Positions 1 through 12,706 of a stretch of DNA of 64,000 nt are shown here, one piece after another. Position 1 is the first letter of the stretch; every line of letters starts with the position of its first letter. The notes under the pieces are model-generated. The model saw only the letters and a program-made list of their open reading frames with translations, was not told where the DNA came from and made no database searches. This DNA comes from Dicyema japonicum (taxonomy: Eukaryota; Animalia; Dicyemida). The DNA is taken from assembly GCA_011109175.1 (NCBI GenBank), contig RDEW01000005.1:838124-902123 (forward strand), written 5' to 3'. Position numbers and translations under genes: made by a program.

Positions 1-714
1 TCATGCCTTTACTAATTTTGTATTTTTTAAATATCTGTCTTTCAGATAATTTGTTCTTCAATATCAATTTAGCAATCGTTAATTTTGTTTCGTAGTTGAT
101 AACCATTCACACAGAAAATGTAAATAAACGTGTAAATTAAAATTATATATTTATTAATAAAATATAATTTTATTTACTTATAATTTCATTTCCCACAATT
201 TTATAGTGCCCCAAAATTTCCATATTTTTTATCGATTTTTCATTTTACTCTGCCAAAATGTTGGCCAATAAAAAAATGCCCAAAAATGCGGGGTGCCCCA
301 AAATCCGAGGGTACCCCACCCCTGGGGTCTGCCCAATTCGGGGTCTGACTGTATTGTATTATGATCACGAGGACGAATCTTACAAATAGCGATTGGGTAT
401 ATAGCTTTTGATCTCTCAATTCCAGGATCTAGAGAAGTCATACGATAAAAGAATCTGAAGGAGTAGGTTAAGCATCATGGTAAGTCATTCTTTACATTTT
501 CTGAAAGAAGTCACTGGGACTGCGCAGAGAATATTTGTTGCCGTGAAGGAACTTCACATAATTATCGACCAAATTGGGCAGTGGGATTTTTAATTATTTA
601 TTTTTTTTAATTTTTATAGAAATAATTAAAAAAATAGATTATTATTTAATTCAAAAAGTAAATAACTAACATTTTTAGAACACTACCATGAATTATCTTC
701 ATAGTGAAAATTTA

Positions 715-890
715 TTATTTGCCGGCTTATTAAGCAGATTCCATCTGAGTAAAAAGGGGAATAGTTATGACTACACTACTCCGAGGGACCAGTGGAAAAC
801 ATATCTCGTGTATTTATATTAAGGGGGACCACCCTATTAGTAGAGGATGCTAATGGTGCTTTAGATTTTTCGGATCGGATGAGAGTCGGT
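715..890 (+). mobile_element. Short repeat, probable extreme 3' end of a CRE-like RLE retrotransposon (copy 1)
   Basis: Aligns by eye with 1910-2095 (gccggctt...gaatagttatg...tccgagggaccagt...agtagagg...ttttcggat). Frameshifted reading QISI*VKRGNSY resembles the CRE C-terminal ISIAILRGNS motif seen at 28250-28290. Confidence 0.45.
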
Positions 891-1909
891 GATTGTTCCG
901 TCACTGAAATTGATGTTGTGGGTCTCGTCGGAAATCATGAAAAAATTATACTCAGAAATGATTCCATCCGTGGAAGAATCGACTAAATGGGAATAAATAT
1001 TGAGTTGAATTTTTTTTCCAAATCTTAATGACTCATTAACTTTTTTTGTTTTCAGGATTCGATAAATTTTTAATATTCCTCAGTGGTGATTGATCCATTC
1101 AAATCCAAAATTTTAAACTCTGATTAAGAGAGGAATTAATAGATCTTTTTGCAGAATTTTTGGCAAATTCTAAGATTAGAGAAGTTTCCAAAATTGTGTA
1201 ATTCGATCTCAGATAATCTTGTACTTTCCAACGCCATATCTTGTTGAGAAAGAATTCAGCTCACTTATTTATTGAGCAATGTGCGAAATAAATGTAAAGT
1301 TTGTGTGGTGAATTGACTTTATTTGTCGAATCAAGCTTGATATTAAAAAAACAATGCACTTTCCGAGCTATCGCTCCCCTCAGGCAGAACACACACTTTA
1401 AGCAAAAAAAAGTTTCATAGACTCAGTGTTTTTATTCAGCCATTGGAGATCGGGACCGTTTCGTTTCAATCGCCTTTGAAATTTCTGGAACGGTTGGTAA
1501 AGGAGTGGTTAACGAAATTGGGAATGCGATTGCAGCCCCACATACAAAGATGATTTCACAGTGCTTGTAAATGGTCATCCTTCCCCTTAATGCCCACTGT
1601 CCCTTCGCAGCTGGAGATGATTTATTATTAACGTCTGTATCTGCTTCCATGCATTTATTAAAAATGTCAATGATTTGAGTAAAAATCAACTTTGTAAGTA
1701 TAATTCACGAGGAGCTGCTCTATACATTGACCTGAACTCAAAACTATTCATTGTCTCAAGAAGCTTGGACATCTGGCAACATTAAAGCCATGACGTACGT
1801 GAGACCAGTGCCTTCTTCAGTTGACCTCGTTTTTCGCCAGAGAGGCAACACTATTGATTACGTCGGCGGCACCATGTGACTTATTAAAGCTTTTTTAATA
1901 AAAATTTAT

Positions 1910-2095
1910 TATATGCCGGCTTTTCGAGTAGATTTCCATCGCAGTCCTAAGGGAGAATAGTTATGGCTGCGGTATTCCGAGGGACCAGTCAAAAATTAAG
2001 CCATGTGATTCTTCAAGGAAAACCACCTCATTCAACGATCTACTGAAGTAGAGGGATGGTAATGATTTTTTTCGATATTTTCGGATTGGATGACA
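1910..2095 (+). mobile_element. Short repeat, probable extreme 3' end of a CRE-like RLE retrotransposon (copy 2)
   Basis: Translates as RLFE*ISIAVLRENSYGCG, compared with WLFQRISLAVVRGNS at ~20960-21000. Homologous to 715-890. Confidence 0.5.
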
Positions 2096-2633
2096 ACATT
2101 TCAAACGATCCCTCACAATTGGGTTCGGCATTCGTCAAAAGAAGTTCTTTCATATTGAGAATCCATTCTCAAAACCTACGGACACACTAACACCGTTTGT
2201 AAAGTATGTCTCTACCGCGTGGAGATTCGCGTAGTGAGTACATTATGTTTGCTATCCCTCAAAATGTATGAAGCTTTTTTGAAGCCGATCTTCAACTATA
2301 ACTCGGGCACAGAAGAATCTTAATGTTATAATATGTTGGATTCGTTACAAATAGAACAACTTCAATCCTTCTTATGACTGAAGTGCCAGAAATTTAGTCA
2401 TGCTAGACGCTTCTTTGAAAATGTTAAACGCCTAATAAGAACGTAGGAAAAGTAGGACATCATGTTACGTTGATCAGATCATTTACCAATCGAACATCAA
2501 TTCTAGAAATATCCAAATCATTTGGTGTATCAGGGTCAACGTCACATTTAATAATTTAAACATTTTTAAAATTAATAATATTTTAATAAAAATAAATATA
2601 ATTTATTAATGTCATATTTAAACTTTAAGTTGA

Positions 2634-4661
2634 ATGACAGAAAATAATATATTCGCTGCCCTAAAATTAGCCATAAATGAGTTACTCTCAGAGTCCGTTC
2701 CTATCAATGTTGAATTTGACATTGAAAACTGCAAAACCATGCGGCTTATAAATATCCTCGAGCATTATTTCTACTACGGACTCAAGAGCATTAGAAATTT
2801 AATCTACAGCATTCGAGAAGTCCTCTCTAAATATGAAGAAGGGAGTAGCGCGTTTGAGATAATTCAGAATCTCTCCAACCTGAAGTACTAATAATCTTTA
2901 TCTAGCACTCCCTTCGCCCAATTTCGAGCCTTCATAATGATCTCCCTTTTAAAGAAGCAGCTTTCATTTTTCTACCAAATTTTGATTTCTTCAGGAAAAA
3001 TTTCACAGTTTGTTTATTCTTTACTTTCAGTCCTTCCCTTTACGAAAGCTACGCCGTTTGATGACACAAGAGGCTGAGTTGTTAGACGTCATCATGCAGT
3101 CACTGTCCTGTGTGGACTTTACTCTGGCCATCAACGAAATGGACTTGAATTATAAAGTCACTTTTTGACCCACTTTTCAGCTGAAACCAATCGATTATTC
3201 ATATTTTATGAATATTAACAATTCCGGCATAAATCCGGCCAATTTGGTTTTGAGTGACTCCGAGGACAGCTCACGGAAAATAATGAATATTCTGAGTCAG
3301 AAGGACTATTTGGAAGACCGGATAAAAACCTTGGAGTAAATTTGAATTTGAGACTCTTTAAGACTGGAAGCTTTAAAATTGAAGGAAACGATCAAAATCA
3401 GCTCGATCCGACTGGAGAAATGTTCCAAGAAGGAGGAGACCATAAGGAAGATTGTGGCAGCGAGCGAACGGACATGATGGATTTCGTAGTCCAACGAAGA
3501 CGATTATCGAAACTTTTAAAAATATTATCGCGGTTCTCACTAAACGCTGATTTTTAGAATGAAACGGCCTACTCGAACGAACAGATAACAAAGTTCCATC
3601 GACAGCTTGTCGCCTGTCAAAAAGAGCTCAAAGAAAGCAGGGCACAGAACTCGGTAAGGATTTCTGAGTTGTACAACCTCATCCTAAATGACCTCATTTA
3701 TTGATGACTTTTATTCGCTTTACTTCAGATTATGGAAAATGACAAGAATACCGCCGAAGAAGCTCTCAAAAATCAAACTAATGTGATCATCAGACAGGGG
3801 GGTCAGATCATGGAATTGAAGAATGAAGTCATCAGTACTGCCAACGAAATTGAATCCCTCAAGGCTGACTTGATCGAAAGAAATAAAACCATTGAAGTCT
3901 AAAATGTGCTTCTTTCAGATTTTTGAAGAATCAAGGCGGGCCCAAGAGGATGAAATTAAAGGCTTAGAAGCTGGGATCGCCGAATTATCAGCTTCCGCCC
4001 AAAATAAGGAGATTTTGTAGCCTTTGATGTTATTCCGAAGGATCAAACAGTTGAAGCAAGAGCTCGAGATAATTGTCGAGAAGATCATCAACGCAGACAA
4101 GAAACTAGCCTTAGAACTCGAATCCAAGTAATCATGAGATTCAAGCTAGACAAACCACGAATGCTTTATATGAACAAGCAAAAAACGAAAATATTAACCT
4201 CCAACGGAACCTCGAGCTCTGTGAGGCCACCAATGTCAGTCTTAAAAGGGAGGTTGCTCGACTGTCTCCATTTGAAGAAGTATTCTTGATTCTCACCCCC
4301 TTAGGAGCTGAATTCACTAAGGGAGAAATATGATAGCTTATTGGACACGCATAGGAGGAAAGAAGCGGCATTGGTCGCTTTGGGGGGAAAGCTAAAGTCC
4401 CACAACCTCAAAATGGATGAAATGAATGATAGCACTTTGCTAAAGTCAGACTGGACTGATGATACCAAGCAGACGAGTTGCACGTTGTGTGAGGACCAGT
4501 TTACGTTGTCAAAGAGGAAAGTAGTAGCTTGGTTATTATAGCATCACTGTCGACGTTGTGGGTTTGTGTTTTGTAGTGAGTGCACTAACCATCGAGTCAG
4601 CCTGACCTCCTTTGCCAAGCCCGTCAGAATCTGTGACACTTGCTTTAGGTCTCTGACTTAG
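2634..4661 (+). CDS. RUFY: RUN and FYVE domain protein (RUFY family), paralog A; 12 exons
   Basis: After removing 11 GT-AG introns (21,23,24,27,25,~75,22,24,22,25,21 nt): RUN-like TPFAQFRAFIMISLLKKQL, a long coiled coil, and a FYVE domain WTDD...CTLCEDQFTLSKRK/HHCRRCGFVFCSEC...VRICDTC ending at TAG 4659-4661. About three single-base frameshifts. Confidence 0.9.
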
Positions 4662-5921
4662 TTTTTAATATTTTTGAGTATAAATCTACTTTTATTGAAC
4701 TCTTCTATTTTGTTCTTATTTGCATGTCTCTGAATGTCCTCATTAGAGGTACCTTATGTCCCCCTTAACTGAAATAGTTAAGACGCTACCTACCAGGATG
4801 AATGATTCCGTTCTGCTCTTCACCTTCTTTAAATTCCAAGAAACGCCTTGTCGGCATCCAAGAAAGATCTACTTTTCTCTATTTCACTGAAAGGTCACCC
4901 ACAATGGGGGATATGGATTGACGTGATGTTTGGAGAGAATGTGTTTCACTTAACCATGGAAATTTATTCTCTTTGTAGACCCTTCCCTTATAACTTTTGT
5001 TCTGAAAAATCCGCAGAAAACAATGGTCGCGGTTTTCCGCGTTTTCGTAAAAATACCAGAAAACTCATTTATGCAGAAATCGTACGTGTGGAAAAAAGAT
5101 CAATCAGCCATTAAAGATGACACCCCGATTGAGTCCTCTCGGACATTTTGGAAACACTTTTCGAAAATGGTGAGTCCGCAATTGGTCCATTCGAGGACAG
5201 TCTTTAGGTTGTTAAAAGTTGGGAGCTCCCAAATCCTTCTTTTGTGATATTCATTCGATCAATATTGCACAAGTTTGTTAAATAACTCAGCCTAACTAAC
5301 TTGTAGGTGAGGTTAAGTAACCGCGGGAAATACCGGTCGTCCCCAAAGATTGATGAAGTTGACAGACGGAAACATATAAGTTAGGACACTTAAAAAGGTG
5401 ATTTGCTGTCATCTCTGAGGGAGCCAAATAGAACAAGGGACATTTTTCAAATAGTCTAGTGTATACACGTATGCTTATTTATTTTATTTAAGGAAATTCG
5501 AGGTCACCTAAAAGAAAGACGAAGAAAAGGTCAACCTAGTCTCCCAATCATGATATCATGAGTTTAAGGTGCTCTGTTTGCCCGTTGTAGATCGGAAACG
5601 TCTCCTCTCGAACTTTTATTCAATTTTCTGAGCCGATCGATTTTCTTCACAAATACTGTAAAATGAATCGGATTTCCATCTTAACAGAAAACACAGAGAA
5701 AACCAGCTCCACTCCACATCTATGGAAATTCCTGCTTGGGATTTCACTAAACGATGGTTTTTAGTAAAGCGGATTGGGTCTTTCGAATCTCGAAGTGCGA
5801 ATCTCCACGTGACGGAGACGTATTCCACAGTTGGAGCGATTGTTTCTAATAGTATATTGGTAAATAGAATATTTTGGATTAAAAAATATAAATTAATAAA
5901 TTAAATATTTAAATTTATTTA

Positions 5922-6547
5922 ATGTCGTGGGGATTCTCGTTGATATTTTTAACATTGTTTTTGGTACTTTACTTTAAAATAAAAAAGACATTGACTTCCA
6001 CTGTCACTGTTTTGCACGTGGGGTATCGTTCATGCTCAGAAAAGACGTCCAGTCAACTTGGAAAAATATCATATTTACAAGAAAGTGACATGGCCAGCAC
6101 GGAAATCAACATAAATGTCGCGTGTCTATTAATTTTAGTTGATTGACGACTTTGATTCCCCACTTTGTCTCGATTATCAGAGTTCTGGTGGAAACCTAAC
6201 TTCTTACCTTGTCCGACCGGATGGGGGATGTGCTGAGGGGATAAATTTCCGTTTAACGGTATCAACCGGAATTGTGACCCACCGTGACTTCTAAATATGA
6301 CTGTGAGCCGTCATCAGCGATGATCTTCCATTATACGGATGGGGGAAAGTAAGAATAGGTGGTCAGTTTAGGCCTCAGGTTGCCTTATATTTGGAGAAGA
6401 AGAAACTACGAGATGAGGAGAGACTGAGAAATCCACCCGATGAGAGATCATTCTTTCAAAAATATGTGAGTTTGTTATTATTTTTAGTGGCTCTACATTG
6501 TCCCCCCACTAATCTTTGTTGTTGTTTCTAATGTTATTAATGGATGA
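5922..6547 (+). CDS. EMC10: ER membrane protein complex subunit 10-like
   Basis: N-terminal signal-peptide-like MSWGFSLIFLTLFL. Spliced C-terminus EERLRNPPDERSFFQKY/WLYIVPPLIFVVVS matches the EMC10 SFFxKYWxYIxP TM motif, with a 22-nt intron gtgagt...ttttag. Middle exons are uncertain. Confidence 0.75.
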
Positions 6548-7249
6548 CTGCTTATTAAGACTATTATTTGGCTTTTTTATTTTTCAATATTCCAAATATG
6601 TGGAAGTTGCACGTGTTCGTCTGAATGGCTGTTAAACATTCCCCCTTTTAAAGGAGTTAACTGTAAATTTATTTCCCCACATCCACAATTTCTTTGGATG
6701 AGGTTTCACTGAACGCGTCAGGATCATGGGATTTTTGGTTTGGTTTTATCCTTTGTCCTTGGAATTCTTTCATTCCACATCCGAGTCGGTCGTCTCTTTT
6801 CTTCCGGCATTCGAGGGGATGTCTTTGAAACCAGTCCGTAAGCTGAACAGGTTCGCATTATTAAGCCGAGTGGTTACCCGATTGAGGTGGTGACGTACCC
6901 TTATTGCATGATATGTTTACCTTTCCTCACAGTGGACGAAAGTCACGTCATCTTTAATGTGAGCATGGACGATGTGATGGACTCAGGAAACATCAAAACT
7001 TGAAGTTCTGAGCCGGGTTAGACTATACTAATAATCGTCGAAAGGGAGGGAGCCAACGAACGGTTCCATACTGAGTAGTTGAGACAGTCGCATGTTGATG
7101 GAACCCCTATAAACTCGTATTGTGCTAAAAAGAACCTTCGGAAAGTGTCTATTGATGTCTGTAGGTCTTACTAAAACACCAAGTCAATGAAAGCTGTGAG
7201 CTTTTTTTCTGTGTAATCAGACAGTCCCATAGGAGCAATGGAAGACAAT

Positions 7250-8110
7250 GGCACTCTGAGCGTGTTGTTTATGTATAGTTTATTCCGATATTTTGTTTTA
7301 ATTGCTGTCACTGCGTAAAACCCTGGTTCACGCAAAAAAGTTGTCGGAAATGAATAAGGCTATGGTGACGATCTTAGGGTGTCTCACAAAGACTTTATGC
7401 CAGAACACAGGCAGAGTTGTTGTTTCAAACGTACTTTTTAGGTAACCATCATTTGCGATCTCAATCAGCTGATCTTACACGGATAAACTAGATTCGCCTG
7501 CTTGTTGACAAATGTGTCTCCACACCCTATCAGTTTGTGTATCTTTTGTCGTTGGAAAAAAACACTCGAACTCATTTGAAAGCAAGGACAGATGATCGTG
7601 CACTAACCGGAGGAATGAAGGCTCAGTATCACCAAAATACCTGCCAATGTTTGAAACCCCCAGATTAGTTTAAATGCGGTATCTTGAAGGTAGTTATCAT
7701 GTTCCCTGAAGGGACTGATTGAGAAGGTTGATTACATCACACAAATATGCCAATTTTGCGAGCCATACTTTGTTCATCCTTTTTGTCGACCACCTTATTT
7801 ATGTGTGCAAGAGAAGACATCTGTGTCTGCATCAATCTCATCACAAAGCTGTTCAAATGGGCGCGAGTGATAGGCGTGTGCTTTGATGTGGTTAATAGCT
7901 TCAATAAGATCATTCAATACACTATCAAATTCCGGTGAAATTTTTCCGCTTGCCAACATCTCCCTATGAAGGATACAATGCGAGGATTTACTGTCAGGTG
8001 CAACTTCCTTAATCATAGTAGTCAAACAGCCAATCGTCCAGTCATGGCAGTAGCTCTGTGCATATGTCGACACAAAGGTCAGTTCAGTTGTCCTGGCATA
8101 AATCATTCAG
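7250..8110 (-). mobile_element. Degenerate hAT (Buster/Charlie, ZBED8/SCAND3-like) transposase remnant
   Basis: IKEVAPDSKSSHCILHREMLASGKISPE...LNDLIEAINHIK (7795-8106). Downstream DQLIEIANDGYLKSTFETTTLPVFW...EPGFYAVTAIKTKYRNKL is the hATC dimerisation region, frameshifted. Confidence 0.85.
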
Positions 8111-8849
8111 TGAGCAATCTTCATTAACATCCAGACAAGGACATCGCACATAGCATTGCCAGCCAGCCGAGCAATCACAACACGGGGGTCGCAAGACAGT
8201 GACTAAGATTACAAGGCGTATGACTAATCTTATGACAAATCGTACAAACTGAGATAAAGAACTTTAAAAACTGGAGACATGGCATAAATCGTGACTCGTC
8301 CTCACATTGTGCCAGATGCGGTGGATTCCAGTCTCAAAAAGTTGATCAGAGGAGACCAACGAAAAACGATATACAGACGATATTAGGCGAAATTGGAAAA
8401 ACGCGGACAGCATAGTCAGTTACGTCAAAGACAACACCAAATGTTTGAATGTCGAAAAGGCATAATGAACTAGCACTACCTGAGAAGGCCTCCTAGATCG
8501 ACATTTTGGTGGTCAATGATAGGAGACTAAAGAAAGCGAGGAGTAATATAATGACGGGATAAAATTCCGTGGACGTTTTAGCAGTTGCTAGCACGGAAAC
8601 GTCCATTTTCGTAAGTATGACGTTGTTGCGACGGAGTGTGGATTATTTTGGAGGTCTATACTCCAAGAATCTTGAGACTTGTTCCCCAGACATCCTCACA
8701 ACAAGAATCCCTATACTATCTCAATTTACGAAGAATACTAGTTATGGTTGTTGAAGACAAATCAGGATGGACGACGTTTAGAATTACTGTCTGATTCACG
8801 TGGCTTTGTGAACCTTACGTCAGATGACCCAAAGCTGCAATAAAACTTT

Positions 8850-8940
8850 TTTTAAACAAAAAACTGAGAGACTGTCTAAGTGAGGACTGACAAGTGCTAG
8901 AACCGATAGGAGGATTGTGAGGATCTGATCAATGGTTTCA
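8850..8940 (+). mobile_element. Possible Tc1-like transposase N-terminal scrap
   Basis: Only the short motif TSARTDRRIVR, typical of the Tc1 HTH linker; nothing else is recognisable. Confidence 0.25.
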
Positions 8941-10585
8941 GGAAGAGATCACAGATCCAGGACACACATAAAACTGGAAGAAACGTTCTGAAAAAAATTA
9001 AAAATGGGTCCAGGTGTGGAGTCCAAGCCTTATGGTAGGACTCAGATGTAATACCCTCCAGAAAACTCCTTCTCTAAAACCTAACTAGAACATAGCTAAA
9101 GAACATCAAGGACTTTCCCATCCCCATGTTCAACTCCATTGATGAAGATCATCATATGACAACTCTTCCCCCTATAAATGAAGTGATGTCTGAGACCGTA
9201 GGGTGTGCGATGAAAGTGGAAGAAACAGACCCACTGTTCCACCTTCTTTCAAAAACGGAATGGACTATTGGAAGGACAACCTCAGCCTCTTCCATGGATT
9301 AATTAGTTGTGACTGCTTGTGATGGTTAACGAAGGATTGTAAGTCACTGGTTAATAAATAAAAATAAATAAAGGATTTTCAAATAAATAAAATAAATAAA
9401 TTAAGGATTCACCCCTTAGTTAGTGAATCTCTAAAGAAGTTTTCCGTTCATGTGAAAGACCCTTCCCTATTGAAACCTTAGTAAGGAGTACTGATACGCA
9501 GTTCATTAAAGGATTTCCCAGCTCTTGACTGTACGGCGAAAATATGAGAGTGGGTGGGATCTTGAGAAGAACAAAGATTTTGGGGTTACTAAGAAGAGCC
9601 AGGATCACCTGATAACTGGGGTCCCTTCAAGTACGCAGGAAGGTGATTCATTATCTCTCCCAAACTTTCACTCTGTTCTCCACGAAGAGAATTAGAAACG
9701 CATAGAAGAGATAATTTCAATTTACAATTTTAGAAGATGGTTTTTTTCCTGCGACCACAAACACCTCTACAAGACTATACGAACAAATTTGGACAATCAG
9801 TTTCATCGCTTTTTCTCTCTCCTGCCTTTATGAAGACCAACAGACGGGTCACTTTTTCACTTGTGCTGATTCGCCTTTGATTTCCGTGTCACATCAATTA
9901 CACCTGACTGATCTCTGTGAGCGTCCACTCTGGTTGTTACTTTCTTTGCTAGTCACCAGTTTAGAAAGTTTTAAGAGGATACTCTGCTAAGAGAAGTTTC
10001 GACTTTTTGATTTAAAGTTTTTACAGTTTATTTGGAAATTGTTGGTTTTAAAGTTTTTTTATCTTGGAAATTATTGGGAGAGTAACAATTGATTCTGTTT
10101 AGTGTGAGGTAAGAAGACACAGGGTTTTTCCCTCGAATACACCGAGGAAGAAGATAACAATTATCAACTAATGCATCCAGTTCCCACTGTCACATAAACA
10201 GTCCTTCCAATGTCACACAAGTCCACCTAGAACCAACATAAAAGGTAGAAGTCCATTCCTTGCAGGTTTGGAGCCCCTTCAGTCGAGCGATGGAGAGAAA
10301 ATTATCCTTTTATATGTCATCCTGGCACTGGCGCCACCTGAGACAGGTGAATCACATGCCACCACTCTATTAGAAAAAAGAAGAACATACGAAACAAACA
10401 GAAATCTTAAATCAAGAACCCACATGCACCACAAATCATTTAGAAAAGTCGAAACATTTCCAAGCGTATTAGATTAAAAATCGGAGCAAATGAAATGTTT
10501 TGACAAAAATATTTGACAGTCACCAAACAAAAATCCAGTAATAATCTTACATAAACTAAAAATACTAAAAAACAAATAAATAAAA

Positions 10586-12706
10586 TCAAAGTGATCTAAA
10601 GCAAGAGTCACACACACGGACTGGTTTAACGAAAGAAGGAAGCACAATTCTATGGTCCGAACACTCATTACAAAAAATAAGCCCACAACGTCGACAATGA
10701 TGCTACAATAATTCACCCCTTACCCTCCTTCTAGCCACATTAAAGTTCTCCTCACACAACGTACAATTAGGCTGCTGACTGTCCCCCACCCAAACAGGCT
10801 TGAACAACGTGTTCTCATTCAGTTCGTCCAGCCTCAGGTTATGCGACTGCAGCTGACTCCCCATTGCCACCAGAGCGTCCTCCTGCTCTTTATTGGAGAC
10901 TAACAGACTTTCATACTTCTCTCTCAACCGAGCCAACTCCTACCAACTCAGGAACCCCACCTACGTTCTCATAAGGCGTCAGGCGAGCCAGTTCCCGTTT
11001 AAGACCAGAGTTCACAGATTCCTGGTATTCCAGCCTTTGTTGGACATCCATGTTCTCTAGCTTAGCCTGGTTATACAAAGCTTCAAAGGTCTGCCTGATC
11101 GAGGTTACAATCCAGAGTACTTTGATTCGACCGAGGAAGCCAGTTTCCGTTCCATGGTGAGGAGTTTGTCCGTACACGTCAAAATCTCCTGCTTCAGCTG
11201 GGAAATCCTTTAATTAAACGGTAAATCAACAGAGCGGTGCTATTTTGTTGGGAAGTTGCCATCGTGGCAATTTTGTCTTCCAGATTAGTTATTTGGGCGT
11301 TCTTGATCTCCTGGATTCCTTCCAGATGCTATTATGTTATTTCACGGAAAAACCTCAACTCGGCTGTTCTTTGCAGTCAATTCTTTGGTGAGGAGGTCAT
11401 AGTGTGCTTAGTATCGTCCACGTGGTTCCTCAGATCAACTATCTGAGCACCTTGCTTTACGATTTGGTCGATCTTAGTCCTCATGGACTCATCCAAATCA
11501 CTTTTCACACTTTCAAGAATCTAGTGCATAAAAACAATCAAAATAATGAAACAACGTCAAATATTTTCTTACCAGTTTCTCTTCCTTGGTGTCAGCCAGT
11601 TCATATCGGCATTGAGAGAGTTGCCTTTGAAGTTTGTCGATCCGTTCGTTGGTGGAGACAGCATCTTTCTAAACTCAATTTGATAAGGGAATACAGAGAT
11701 CTGAGCTTTGAAGGTATCTGTATAATGTTCTGCTGGGCTTTGTAGTCATTCAAATCTCGCTCGTTTGCCTCTACCTGAATTCTGGCCATTTCTTCTCTTC
11801 TGGCACTTTCTTCAAGGCGGATTGTAATCTGCTGGATCTCCTTTTTCATGTTAATGGCTTCAGATCTTTAGTTACTGAGGAAATTACTGTAGACGAGCTA
11901 CGAGTTCATCCAGGTAGGCTTTCTGGTTGAAAATGTTCATAATTTTACGAGTATTTTCGTCTGAGTCGCCTAAAGAAGGATCTGAGAAGTCTGAGTTGGA
12001 GAATTTGCTCAATTTCATAAAATAAGTATAATCTATCGGTTCAGGCTATATTTTAGCAGCTTAGAAAACCTCATAGTTCAAATTCATCTCATTTATGACG
12101 AATGTAAAGTCCAGACTTGATAAGCAAAGCATAAGACCGTCGACAACCTCAGCCTCTTCAGAAAGCATACAGGCATAATTTTCAAATAATCCCGGACTAA
12201 ATTTATTTATTTTTAAATTAAAAAATAATTTTAATTTATAATTTTTTTATCTAAATTAGTTTTTAACACCTTTTAATTTTTTCCGATAATATAATTATTC
12301 TATAAAATTTCGAAAATTGCTTTCTTAGCAAATAAATAGCAATCCAAGCACGGAGCCGAGAATAAGGCGTTCTGCAGTCAGAAATAACGAACAACCGCAA
12401 GGTCTTTAAATTTTGGATGATTTGAATGACTTCCCTCCCTTCTTCGAACTCTGAGAATTCTTCTTGAATAATATTCATCAAATTTTTTATGCTTTTTAGT
12501 CCAAAACAGAAATAATTCTCGATCACGTTTATTAGCCGCATGGCTTTGGATTTTTCCACGTCAAATTCACTCTTAGAAAGTATGGATTCGGAAATTAGGT
12601 CATTAATGCTGAGTCTCAGAGCCGTAAATATGTTATTTCGACAAATCAGCCCGCTTCCATTATCTAAAGTGAGTCTTACATGAACTAGATTTATTGTTGG
12701 ATTCAA
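10586..12706 (-). CDS. RUFY: RUN and FYVE domain protein (RUFY family), paralog B; 12 exons; start probably near 12650
   Basis: RUN-like [12 protein letters not shown]...[19 protein letters not shown], coiled coil, [41 protein letters not shown]...[14 protein letters not shown] at 10586-10588. All 11 intron positions match paralog A. Confidence 0.9.

Noticed and set aside
200-330. ccccaaaa motifs resembling ciliate C4A4 telomeres
   Set aside because: They are isolated, not tandem, and the transposon-rich long contig is unlike gene-sized macronuclear chromosomes.
3306-4483. Minus-strand ORFs overlapping RUFY-A (and similar antisense ORFs over RUFY-B, XPR1 and the RT elements)
   Set aside because: These are antisense shadows of real coding exons with no independent motifs.
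4750-5860. Possible genes at 4750-5860, 9110-10000 and 37560-38150
   Set aside because: The composition is coding-like, but I could not build a consistent spliced model or recognise a family, so they are left unannotated.
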